Shown: positions 16,082-24,330 of the stretch, piece by piece | How the letters are laid out: each line of letters starts with the position of its first letter | Position numbering within the stretch: the stretch's first letter is position 1 | Assembly (NCBI GenBank): GCA_963662715.1 | Contig: OY759724.1 | Span: 2,910,001 to 2,942,000 of the forward strand | DNA length: 32,000 nt | Direction: 5' to 3' | Source: Candidatus Omnitrophota bacterium | Lineage (GTDB): Bacteria; Omnitrophota; Gorgyraeia; Zapsychrales; JANLHA01 | The notes under the pieces: model-generated | Told to the model about the DNA's origin: nothing | What the model saw: the letters and a program-made list of their open reading frames with translations, nothing else | Databases searched by the model: none | Position numbers and translations under genes: made by a program

Positions 16082-16881
16082 AAAAATTATTATGTTTTGT
16101 GGCCGTTTTTTTATGTTTTGGTTGTTCGTCAACTCATGTCCTGAATGAAATATATCCCCGGGAAGTCCGCTATATCCCTGCTCACGAATTAAACGCTGAG
16201 AAATCCTGGGATTTGAAAACCTGTACCAGCCGTGTAGAGATAGCCCGGAGGCTTATGGGGAAAGGGTTCCATGAAGTCGCCCTGAGACAGTTGAAAGAGG
16301 AGGTTAAAGGGCAGGGGACCAATTCGGCGGAAATTTTATATTTGATCGGTATTTGTGAGCGGGAAATGGGAGATAAACATAAAGCCAAAAGATCATTCCA
16401 GGCCGCCCTGCGTTATGATGCTAATTATGCCCCTGCCTATGACGGGCTGGGCGTCGTATGCTTTTTGGAAGGATATCTTTGGCAGGCAGAAAAGTTTTTC
16501 AAGAAAGCGGTGGAACTTGACCCGGGACGAGCCGATTTCCAGAATAATTTAGGATTCCTTTATCTTCATAAACGCAATTTTTTACTGGCAGAGAAGCGCT
16601 TCAGGAGATGTTTGTCCATTGATCCGAATTTCACCAAAGCGATCAATAATCTGGGTAGTTGCTTGGCTCTCTTAGCCAGGGAGGAGGAAGCTCTTGCTGT
16701 TTTTCAAGAGATCATGTCTAAAAGTGAAGCTTTAAATAATATGGGTGTTGTCTTTGAAGTGGCTGACCAGGAAGCAAAAGCTTTGGAATACTATCAAAAG
16801 GCCGTTAGGGCGGAACCCTCCCTGACTATTGCCCAGAACAACTTAAAGCGATTTAAGAAAATCATCAACAGGACGGAATAA
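16075..16881 (+). CDS. tadD: TPR-repeat lipoprotein, TadD-like
   Basis: The lipobox is 'FLCFGC|SS'. Several TPR-like repeats are present ('ALRYDANYAPAYDGLGVV', 'AVELDPGRADFQNNLGFL', 'CLSIDPNFTKAINNLG', 'AVRAEPSLTIAQNNL'). It overlaps the tadC stop. Confidence 0.75.
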   Translation: MVKKLLCFVAVFLCFGCSSTHVLNEIYPREVRYIPAHELNAEKSWDLKTCTSRVEIARRLMGKGFHEVALRQLKEEVKGQGTNSAEILYLIGICEREMGDKHKAKRSFQAALRYDANYAPAYDGLGVVCFLEGYLWQAEKFFKKAVELDPGRADFQNNLGFLYLHKRNFLLAEKRFRRCLSIDPNFTKAINNLGSCLALLAREEEALAVFQEIMSKSEALNNMGVVFEVADQEAKALEYYQKAVRAEPSLTIAQNNLKRFKKIINRTE

Positions 16882-16893
16882 AGGAGCGAAATT

Positions 16894-17193
16894 ATGACAT
16901 GCGGGACAGAACGTGGTGTTTTTATCCTACGAATATGTTTTTTTGTTTTTATTTTAAGCGGCCTGCAGGGATGCGCCCCGGTTGCTGAGGAAACATATCC
17001 TTTCGGCGAATCTTCCAAAACATTATTTGCGGCACAGGTCATCAATCCGAATGCCCCGGAAGATCCCTCCCCGGTTAATGAAATGCCCGGGCAGGTCAGT
17101 GAGCTGATCTATTATCAACGTTATATGGATGAGATGGTCACCCCGGAAGATGAAGAAGAAAAAAGCAGCGGAGGGACATGTCATAATGGATAA
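16894..17193 (+). CDS. Small acidic lipoprotein of unknown function (tad-locus accessory)
   Basis: The lipobox is 'ILSGLQGC|AP'. It is 99 aa with an acidic C-terminus and is tightly packed between the tadD-like and tadG-like genes. It may resemble the small DUF3613-type proteins of other tad loci, but that rests on recall only. Confidence 0.55.
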   Translation: MTCGTERGVFILRICFFVFILSGLQGCAPVAEETYPFGESSKTLFAAQVINPNAPEDPSPVNEMPGQVSELIYYQRYMDEMVTPEDEEEKSSGGTCHNG

Positions 17194-18625
17194 GCTTCCT
17201 GGGGCCAGCAGGATATCCCGCACTTTGTCTAGCGAGAAAGCTAATATCAGTATTGTTGTCGCCTTAAGTATGGTGACGATCGTATTTTTTGTGGCCCTGG
17301 CCTTTGACCTTGGTTTTCTCGTGATGGAGAAGGACAGCTTGCGGAACAAGACAGAGGCTGCGGCTAAAAGCGGGGTTCAGGTCCTGCATAAAGATTCAAC
17401 CTATATGCAGGCCTTTTGGGCTTCCTATGATTCCTATCAAAGAAACGATGAAATTTTACCGCCTATCTATTTATATCAGCGTTTTCATCCCGGGTATTAT
17501 GATTATAAAAAGCTTTACTCGGACTTTCCCCATTTTAAGAATTTTGCCTCTGTTAGATACGGAGAAGTCCCTGCGGATGAGCCGTGTAATGCGGTTGCAA
17601 TACTCGATATGCCCAAAGCCGTTCAGACTATCGAAATCAAACCTTCCGGGGCAAGTACGGGCCGTGTACAGTCGGCAGGGATGGCCTATGCCAAAAACTA
17701 TACATTTCTTGCTTTAAGCGATGCGTCAGATGCTATGCGCTGGTATGGCTGGGAAGACGGGTATTCAAATTATAAAAATTGTCTTATTGGCTCCAACGGC
17801 GGCATTGAATTCTATGGAACGGAAACTTTTGACAATAAGACTGTCGTAGAAGCCGGCGGGGCCGTTGTTAATGACAACGGCAATGTCCAGATCAATTCCA
17901 TTGACAAGATTCGGCTTCCGGATATCAACTGGGACGCCTTGAGAGAACAGGCTGTAAGCAACGGGATGGTTTACGACCCTGAAACGTGGTCAGACAGCTG
18001 GACCGAAGATGCGTTCGGCAATCAACTTAGACGCTTGGTCAGTGGTTCGGCTCCCAATCAGACAATACATTATTTTTTTATTCCCCAGGGTGAAGATGAG
18101 GACGGCGTGCTTGGGACAGAGGGGGACCACGACGGGCGGACATATTTTTTCGAGATTCCGGACCCGCTTCCAACCGGTGTCTCAGAGATCTATTTAAACA
18201 TGATGAATACAGATCATGCGCCGGCTAATCGCATTTTTTGGAACTGTACCATAGCCGCACGATGCAATATCAGTACCTATCCCAACCCCTCCTACGGTCC
18301 GTATCTTTCCACTAAATATGGCAACTATGAAGCTTACGGCGAAGACGGGCTGGTCTATATTTACGGGAAGCGGTTTTATCGCTGGTACACACGTTACAGT
18401 CATCTCCCTGTCTCTCTTCCCTATGGGACCGTCATCCGGGTTGAAGAGGATTTTACGATGTACAGTCAGTATCTTCTGTCATTTTTTGGCGTCCCGGAAA
18501 ATTATTACCTTAAAGTGATAGCAGATACCATGTATTTGTACTCTCCCACCTGGCGAAAAAATGCCATTGAATTTCACGGCAATTTTGGCGCTCCTGACCT
18601 TTTCCGCATCGGAAGCCTGGAATAG
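17186..18625 (+). CDS. tadG: TadG-like pilus assembly protein / large pseudopilin
   Basis: The N-terminus 'EKANISIVVALSMVTIVFFVALAFDLGFLVMEKDSLRNKTEAAAKSG' is typical of the TadG/Tad N-terminal domain. I prefer the ATG at 17186 over the ORF-track start at 17129: it has RBS GGAGGGA about 10 nt upstream and overlaps the upstream stop. Confidence 0.7.
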   Translation: MDKLPGASRISRTLSSEKANISIVVALSMVTIVFFVALAFDLGFLVMEKDSLRNKTEAAAKSGVQVLHKDSTYMQAFWASYDSYQRNDEILPPIYLYQRFHPGYYDYKKLYSDFPHFKNFASVRYGEVPADEPCNAVAILDMPKAVQTIEIKPSGASTGRVQSAGMAYAKNYTFLALSDASDAMRWYGWEDGYSNYKNCLIGSNGGIEFYGTETFDNKTVVEAGGAVVNDNGNVQINSIDKIRLPDINWDALREQAVSNGMVYDPETWSDSWTEDAFGNQLRRLVSGSAPNQTIHYFFIPQGEDEDGVLGTEGDHDGRTYFFEIPDPLPTGVSEIYLNMMNTDHAPANRIFWNCTIAARCNISTYPNPSYGPYLSTKYGNYEAYGEDGLVYIYGKRFYRWYTRYSHLPVSLPYGTVIRVEEDFTMYSQYLLSFFGVPENYYLKVIADTMYLYSPTWRKNAIEFHGNFGAPDLFRIGSLE

Positions 18626-18730
18626 ATTTTACTGCTTGTATCTAACATGCCTCACGGCTGGCAGCCGAAAGATCCCCTGGCCCGCTCATTTATTCCTTTT
18701 TTTAGCTCTTCATGAATAATTCACCTGCTC

Positions 18731-18759
18731 TTGTTGCGGCAGACGAATTGTTATATATT
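18731..18759 (+). promoter_or_regulatory. Possible sigma70 promoter for the kinase gene (TTGTTG, 17-nt spacer, TATATT)
   Basis: Read directly. The -10 is good, the -35 is poor, and the context is AT-rich. Confidence 0.3.
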
Positions 18760-18816
18760 TATTAATATTGTAAAGATCTATTCCTGTGGCGGGTTTTTTA
18801 GGAGGATTTTATATAA

Positions 18817-21006
18817 ATGCCTGGTATGTATAGTTTTAATATTAATTTAGTATATCAATCTCATATGTCGAATATATTTAAAAAATTATTGCGGAAACGG
18901 GATATTCCCTACCCGTGGCACCACATACATAATGTGCTTTATTATTCCTCTATGCTGGCTTTCTTCAGCCATCTCACTTTTATCTTTTTTTATTCTTATT
19001 TGAATATCCCCTTCATGATTTATTTCAATGTTTTCAGCTGTCTGCTTTTTGCCGTTTGTCTGATTTTATGCCGAAAATTCCTGCTGAACATCGCAATTAT
19101 TCTCTTCATTTCAGAAGTCATCATCCACGCCTTTTGCAGTGTCGTGTTTGTCGGCTGGAACAGCGCATTTCACATTTATATCATTTGTATGGTCCCGTTA
19201 TTTTTCTTCCATCCGACCTGGTCCAATTCTGTCAAAATCGTTTTTACGTTTTTTGTGGGGTGCGGCTATATGTTCCTGAATTACCTTTTCCCGGATAAAG
19301 GGCTGGTTCCTGTTCCTCCGGCCATACTTTATTGGATTAGATATTTCAATTTTTACTCTTTTTTTGCCTATATGGCTGCGTATGCCGCGTACTATAAAGC
19401 AGCCTCGGAATTTATTGAAAACACCCTGCGTATACAAATAGAAGAACGCAGAGAGACGATGGAGGCTTTAAAGGAAAGTGAGGAGCTTTTCAGAACCATT
19501 GTTACGAATTCCGTCCCCATTATCTCCTGCATTAACCGGGAGGGGATCTTTACCCTCGTAGAAGGGAAATCCCTTAAAGTTTTAGGATTAAAACCGGAAA
19601 GCCTTGTCGGAAAATCAGCCAAAGAATTGTTCTGCCATTACCCGGAGATCATGAAAGGCCTTGAGCTGGCTTTAAACGGACAGGCCTTTACGGACACGAT
19701 AGCCATTCAGGGAGCACATGAACTGGTTTATTTTGATCTTTTTTTCTCCCCTTTTAGGGACGCTGAAGGCCATATCACGGGAATCATCGCTATCTTAAAT
19801 GATATTAGCGAACGGAAGAAAGTTGAGAAAGAAAGAAAGAGCTGGGAGGATCAGCTGCAGAGGGCAGAGAAAATGGAAGCTATCGGAACCCTGGCCGGAG
19901 GCGTCGCGCATGATCTTAATAATATTCTGGCCGGAATTGTCGGTTATCCTGACTTGATATTAATGGAACTTCCCGAGGACAACCCTTTGCGAAAACCCAT
20001 TGAAATCATTAAAGACTCCGGGAAAAAAGCCGCTGAAATCGTGCAGGATTTGTTGACTTTGGCCAGAAGAGGCGTCTCAGGGAGGGACATCCTGAATTTG
20101 AACCATATTATTAAAAATTATCTGGAAAGCCCTGAATTTGCACACCTGCGGTCATCGCATGATGCCCCGATTGTTCTAAAGACTCAACTGGACAGTCATC
20201 TGCTGAACTTGGTAGGATCCCGGGTCCATCTGTTCAAAACCGTTATGAATTTGGTCATCAATGCCGTAGAGGCCATGCCGAGTGGAGGCCAATTGACCAT
20301 CTCAACGGAAAACCGCTACATTGACCGGTTCCTGGATAAATATGAACCTATCGAAGGAGGCGATTATGTGGTCCTGACGATTACGGATACCGGGGTGGGT
20401 ATCAGCGAGGAAGATCAAATGAGAATCTTTGAGCCGTTTTATACAAAGAAAATTATGGGGCTAAGCGGAAGCGGATTAGGGATGTCGGTTGTCTGGGGTA
20501 CGGTCAAGGATCATAAGGGATATATTGATATCCGCACGGAACTGACAAAGGGGACCAGTTTCGTTCTTTATTTCCCGGCGACAAAAAAGGAAATCGTTCC
20601 GGAAGAAACAGATATTTCTCTGCAGGATTATAACGGGAAAGGGGAATCTATTCTTGTTATCGATGATGTCCCTGAGCAGAGAGAGATCGCCGTAAAAATG
20701 TTAACCGCGATAGGCTATTCTGCCTCAGCCGTTGAAAGCGGGGAAGCGGCCGTCGGATATTTGAAAGAGAATAAAGTGGACTTAATCATCCTGGATATGA
20801 TTATGGATCCCGGTATGGACGGCCTTGACACCTATAAAAAAGTCCTTGCTATTCGTAAAGATCAAAGAGTGATCATCGCAAGCGGTTTTTCGGAAACCGC
20901 GCGGGTCAGGGAAGCTCAGCGTCTCGGGGCTAAAAAATATGTCAAGAAACCGTATACCCTGGCGGTCATCGCCAGGGCCGTCAGGGATGTCTTGCAATCC
21001 GCATAA
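18817..21006 (+). CDS. Hybrid sensor histidine kinase: multi-TM N-terminal domain, PAS, HisKA, HATPase_c, C-terminal receiver
   Basis: RBS AGGAGG lies 11 nt upstream. About 5-6 hydrophobic helices precede a PAS region ('FRTIVTNSVPIISCINREG...ILNDISERKK'). The H-box is 'GGVAHDLNNIL', the N-box is 'LVINAVEAM', and the G-boxes are 'DTGVGI' and 'GSGLGMS'. The receiver reads 'ILVIDDV...DLIILDMIMDPGMDG...KKPY'. Confidence 0.9.
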   Translation: MPGMYSFNINLVYQSHMSNIFKKLLRKRDIPYPWHHIHNVLYYSSMLAFFSHLTFIFFYSYLNIPFMIYFNVFSCLLFAVCLILCRKFLLNIAIILFISEVIIHAFCSVVFVGWNSAFHIYIICMVPLFFFHPTWSNSVKIVFTFFVGCGYMFLNYLFPDKGLVPVPPAILYWIRYFNFYSFFAYMAAYAAYYKAASEFIENTLRIQIEERRETMEALKESEELFRTIVTNSVPIISCINREGIFTLVEGKSLKVLGLKPESLVGKSAKELFCHYPEIMKGLELALNGQAFTDTIAIQGAHELVYFDLFFSPFRDAEGHITGIIAILNDISERKKVEKERKSWEDQLQRAEKMEAIGTLAGGVAHDLNNILAGIVGYPDLILMELPEDNPLRKPIEIIKDSGKKAAEIVQDLLTLARRGVSGRDILNLNHIIKNYLESPEFAHLRSSHDAPIVLKTQLDSHLLNLVGSRVHLFKTVMNLVINAVEAMPSGGQLTISTENRYIDRFLDKYEPIEGGDYVVLTITDTGVGISEEDQMRIFEPFYTKKIMGLSGSGLGMSVVWGTVKDHKGYIDIRTELTKGTSFVLYFPATKKEIVPEETDISLQDYNGKGESILVIDDVPEQREIAVKMLTAIGYSASAVESGEAAVGYLKENKVDLIILDMIMDPGMDGLDTYKKVLAIRKDQRVIIASGFSETARVREAQRLGAKKYVKKPYTLAVIARAVRDVLQSA

Positions 21007-21053
21007 TTTCCCTTCCAGAATCACGATGCCATTGTAATGTTTGAAATATTCTG

Positions 21054-21082
21054 TTGACAGAGATTAAAAAACTAAGCATAAT
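21054..21082 (+). promoter_or_regulatory. Sigma70-type promoter of the cob/btu operon: TTGACA (21054-21059), 17-nt spacer, CATAAT (21077-21082)
   Basis: Read directly, about 20 nt upstream of the riboswitch P1 region. Confidence 0.6.
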
Positions 21083-21099
21083 ATTCATCTAACAATTTG

Positions 21100-21281
21100 A
21101 AAAGACATAAGCGCTTTCTTTGGGAAAGCTAAAAGGGAAATCCTGTTAAATTCAGGAACGGTCCCGCCGCTGTAACCGGAGGAGATTCCCGGGAGTCAGA
21201 AAACCTTCTTATGTTGTGAGCATAAGGTGCTGCGTAAGACAGTGTTCGTGCAACAAAAAGGACCAAAGTTGATAAGGGTGC
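21100..21281 (+). promoter_or_regulatory. Cobalamin riboswitch
   Basis: P1 is CATAAG (21106-21111) paired with CTTATG (21208-21213). The core reads 'AAAAGGGAAATCCTGTTAAATTCAGGAACGGTCCCGCCGCTGTAACCGGAGG'. The B12 box is 'GAGTCAGAAAACC' (21193-21205). It lies upstream of cobalamin genes. Confidence 0.9.
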
Positions 21282-21317
21282 AATCCTTAAGTGCAAATCG
21301 CGCTTAAGGATTTTTTA
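21282..21317 (+). terminator. Intrinsic terminator (expression platform of the cob-operon riboswitch)
   Basis: A perfect 10-bp stem AATCCTTAAG (21282-21291) / CTTAAGGATT (21303-21312) followed by a T-run. It overlaps the 5' extension of the ORF-track model 21291-21953, which supports the later start at 21330. Confidence 0.8.
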
Positions 21318-21329
21318 TTGAAATCAGAA

Positions 21330-21953
21330 ATGACGACATTAATTCTTATAAGACACGGTGAAACCAAAGATAATGCTGTCGGGCGTTACATCGGACACAC
21401 CGACCCGGATTTGAATCCGGAAGGGCTTCGGCAGGCAAAAGCTTTGTATGCACGTCTTTCGGCCATGCCTGTCGATCATATTTATACGAGCGATCTGAAA
21501 CGGGCCGTTCAAACAGCCCGGGGGGCTTTTCCCCATGCCCCTATCTTAGAAGAACCTGCTTTCCGCGAAATGCATTTCGGTGTTTTTGAAGGCTTGCTTT
21601 ATGATGAACTTCAGGAAAGATTCTCTCAGGAGTATCAGGCCTGGTTAACGGATCCGGTGATTCATTACCCCCCGGAAGGAGAGAGTCTCCAAGGGATGAA
21701 AAAGCGTGTTTTATGCAAAATGGCGGCTATCCTCAATGAGCACGCCGGAGCAAGCGTGGCCATTGTTTCGCATGCCGGCCCTATCAAAATTATCTTGCTG
21801 AACGCGCTTGATTATGATTTGTCGAAATTCTGGGATGTTGATCAAGCTCATGGAACAATTTCCATTATCAAATACGATGAAAAAGGAAGAGCCCATGTCG
21901 CGGTGAGGAACGATAAGACACATCTCGTGAAGCCCGGGGCCATGATGGAATAA
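21330..21953 (+). CDS. cobC: Alpha-ribazole phosphatase (histidine phosphatase family)
   Basis: 'LILIRHGETKDN' is the RHG motif. It is about 205 aa and is the first gene after a B12 riboswitch. The start is moved to the ATG at 21330, downstream of the terminator. Confidence 0.8.
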   Translation: MTTLILIRHGETKDNAVGRYIGHTDPDLNPEGLRQAKALYARLSAMPVDHIYTSDLKRAVQTARGAFPHAPILEEPAFREMHFGVFEGLLYDELQERFSQEYQAWLTDPVIHYPPEGESLQGMKKRVLCKMAAILNEHAGASVAIVSHAGPIKIILLNALDYDLSKFWDVDQAHGTISIIKYDEKGRAHVAVRNDKTHLVKPGAMME

Positions 21954-21963
21954 GGATATTCGT

Positions 21964-22506
21964 ATGGGAAAGATCACTTTTGTCATTGGCGGTGTCCGCA
22001 GCGGCAAAAGCCGTTATGCCGTTGAGTATGCCAAAGCATCACAAAGACACGTGACTTTTATTGCCACGGCCAGGGCAGCTGATGATGAGATGAAAGAACG
22101 GATTAAAACCCATCAGGCATCCCGGCCTCCGGAATGGGATTTGATAGAAGAGACAACGGATATGGCATCGGTTATAAAAAACCTCAATAAAAAACATGCC
22201 AGGAAAGAGGTTGTTATTGTGGACTGTCTGGGGCTTTATATCACGAACTTGTTCATGGACGATCATTCGGATGAAAGCATGATCCGAAACATGTCCGACT
22301 TCCTGGATGCTTGCCTCGTCTCTCAGCACGATATTTTTATTGTATCCAATGAAGTGGGGCAGGGCATTGTCCCGGAACACCTTTTAGGCCGGCGTTTCCG
22401 GGACGTCCTGGGTTTGAGCAACCAGATGATCGCCCGGAAAGCGGATAAGGTTATTGTTATGCAGTGCGGGATTCCCGTTACGATCAAAGGAAAATCAGAT
22501 GAATAA
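21964..22506 (+). CDS. cobU: Bifunctional adenosylcobinamide kinase / adenosylcobinamide-phosphate guanylyltransferase
   Basis: P-loop 'GGVRSGKS' is present. Its size (180 aa) and cob-operon context fit. Confidence 0.88.
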   Translation: MGKITFVIGGVRSGKSRYAVEYAKASQRHVTFIATARAADDEMKERIKTHQASRPPEWDLIEETTDMASVIKNLNKKHARKEVVIVDCLGLYITNLFMDDHSDESMIRNMSDFLDACLVSQHDIFIVSNEVGQGIVPEHLLGRRFRDVLGLSNQMIARKADKVIVMQCGIPVTIKGKSDE

Positions 22507-23581
22507 ATTTCCCGATATTATAAAATCGATAAAGAAAATCAACTGGGACATGACAGCTAAAACGCAAGACAGACTGGACCATTTAACAAAACCGCAAGGA
22601 AGCCTGGGCCGCCTGGAAGATCTGGCCAAACAGATCACAGCCATAACCCAGGAAGAAAATCCTTCTCTAAAGGATAAGGTTATTTTCACCTTTGCCGCGG
22701 ATCACGGGGTGGCGGAAGAAGGTGTCAGCGCTTTTCCCCAGGAAGTGACAGCCCAGATGGTCTATAACTTCCTGAGAGGCGGGGCGGGGATTAACGTGCT
22801 GGCGAATCATGCCGGGGCGCGTGTCGTTATCGCGGATCTGGGCGTCGCCTCCGATCTGTCGGAACATCCCGGGCTTTATGCTAAAAAAGTTGCTTATGGA
22901 ACAAAAAATATGGCCCGCGGCCCGGCCATGAGTCCTGAACAAGCTCTTGCATCCATCGAAAACGGTATCGCTATTTTCGAAGAAGAATTTCAAAAAGGTG
23001 TTCATCTGGTTGGGACGGGGGAGATGGGCATCGCCAATACAACGGCGGCCAGCGCTATTGTTTCCGTCATTACCGGCAAAAGCGTGGCCGAAGTCACAAG
23101 CCGCGGGACAGGGATTTCTGATGAAGCCCTGGCAACGAAGATTCAGGTGATCTCTCGAAGCATCCAGAGCAACAGTCCCTGTGCAGATGACGGGATGGAT
23201 GTTTTAGCCAAGGTGGGCGGTTTTGAAATCGGCGGTTTGACAGGGGTTATTCTTGCGGCGGCGGCCAGGAATATCCCGGTGGTGATTGACGGGTTTATCT
23301 CAACCGCAGCGGCCTTAATCGCCTGTCAAATGGAACCCAAGGTCCGGGATTACCTCATAGCCTCGCACTGTTCGGTGGAACAGGGACACAGGGTCGCTCT
23401 TGATTATCTGGATCTTAAGCCGCTTTTTGATTTTCAGCTGCGCTTGGGGGAAGGAACCGGGGCAGCCCTCGCTTTCAGCCCCATTGAAGCCAGTATAAAG
23501 ATCCTGACGGAAATGGCAACATTCGAAACAGCCGCGGTGTCAGAGAAAATACACCCATCGCATAAAGGACTTTGCGTGTGA
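22499..23581 (+). CDS. cobT: Nicotinate-nucleotide--dimethylbenzimidazole phosphoribosyltransferase
   Basis: Motifs 'LTKPQGSLGRLE', 'GEMGIANTT' and 'LGEGTGAALA' are present. I prefer the ATG at 22499 (MNKFPD...), which overlaps the cobU stop, over the ORF-track start at 22454. Confidence 0.9.
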   Translation: MNKFPDIIKSIKKINWDMTAKTQDRLDHLTKPQGSLGRLEDLAKQITAITQEENPSLKDKVIFTFAADHGVAEEGVSAFPQEVTAQMVYNFLRGGAGINVLANHAGARVVIADLGVASDLSEHPGLYAKKVAYGTKNMARGPAMSPEQALASIENGIAIFEEEFQKGVHLVGTGEMGIANTTAASAIVSVITGKSVAEVTSRGTGISDEALATKIQVISRSIQSNSPCADDGMDVLAKVGGFEIGGLTGVILAAAARNIPVVIDGFISTAAALIACQMEPKVRDYLIASHCSVEQGHRVALDYLDLKPLFDFQLRLGEGTGAALAFSPIEASIKILTEMATFETAAVSEKIHPSHKGLCV

Positions 23582-24330
23582 AATCTTTTTTTATTGCTGT
23601 CCAGTTCTTAACCGTTTTCCCCGTCCGGATCGCATCCCCGGTCAAAAAGACTGATTACGGACCGGCCCTTACTTTTTTCCCTGTGGTGGGACTGCTGCTG
23701 GGGCTTTTTTTGTCTTTATGCTCAGTCCTGTCTTCTTTTCTGCCGAGAGAAGTGCATGCTGTGCTTATTTTAACTGTTTCTGTTGTTATAACAGGCGCGA
23801 TTCATCTGGACGGCCTCGCCGACACGTGTGACGGTTTTTATGGACAAAGATCCCGTGAGGATGTCTTGAAAATTATGCGGGACAGCCGTATCGGCGTGAT
23901 GGGCGTGACAGGTGTCGTTATCGCCTTATTATTAAAATATGCTTTGTTCATCAATATGCCTCTTGAAGTTTTATGCCCGGCCTTGATGACAGCGATGACG
24001 GCCGGCCGCTGGGCCCACGTGTTTTGCTGCTACTATGCTTCTTATGCCCGCCAGGACGGTAAAGCAAAATATTTTATGGACTATGCCGGGGAACGGGAGA
24101 TGATCCGCGCGTCCCTTTTTACCGTGGCTGTTTTCCTTTTCCTCAGACAACTCGAGGGGCTCTTTGTTTTTTTTATCTTGGCTATTATCGTTTTTTTGTT
24201 TATCCGGAGCTCTAAGCATAAAATCGACGGAATGACAGGAGATACCATCGGAGCTGCCGGAGAGATAGCGGAGATTTCCGTACTGCTCCTGACGGTTATT
24301 TTATCCTCCTTAGGAGGCCCCCATGTTTAA
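23578..24330 (+). CDS. cobS: Adenosylcobinamide-GDP ribazoletransferase (cobalamin synthase)
   Basis: Polytopic membrane protein with 'AVQFLTVFPV' and 'DGLADTCDG'. The GTG at 23578 forms a GTGA overlap with the cobT stop. The TTG at 23572 is an alternative start. Confidence 0.88.
   Translation: MKSFFIAVQFLTVFPVRIASPVKKTDYGPALTFFPVVGLLLGLFLSLCSVLSSFLPREVHAVLILTVSVVITGAIHLDGLADTCDGFYGQRSREDVLKIMRDSRIGVMGVTGVVIALLLKYALFINMPLEVLCPALMTAMTAGRWAHVFCCYYASYARQDGKAKYFMDYAGEREMIRASLFTVAVFLFLRQLEGLFVFFILAIIVFLFIRSSKHKIDGMTGDTIGAAGEIAEISVLLLTVILSSLGGPHV

Noticed and set aside
17129-17185. 5' extension of the tadG-like ORF (MRWSPRKMKKKKAAEGHVI)
   Set aside because: It lies within the preceding lipoprotein gene. 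The ATG at 17186 has a GGAGGGA RBS and the usual overlapping stop/start geometry.
18652-18668. CGGC-TGGCA-GCCG hairpin after the tadG-like gene, considered as the operon terminator
   Set aside because: It has a 4-bp stem and no T-run. I could not find a convincing intrinsic terminator between 18626 and 18816.
21291-21329. 5' extension of cobC (GTG at 21291)
   Set aside because: It overlaps the riboswitch terminator stem and T-run (21282-21317). The ATG at 21330 gives the canonical N-terminus directly before the RHGET motif.
22454-22498. 5' extension of cobT
   Set aside because: It lies within the cobU coding sequence. The ATG at 22499 overlaps the cobU stop and gives a typical CobT N-terminus.
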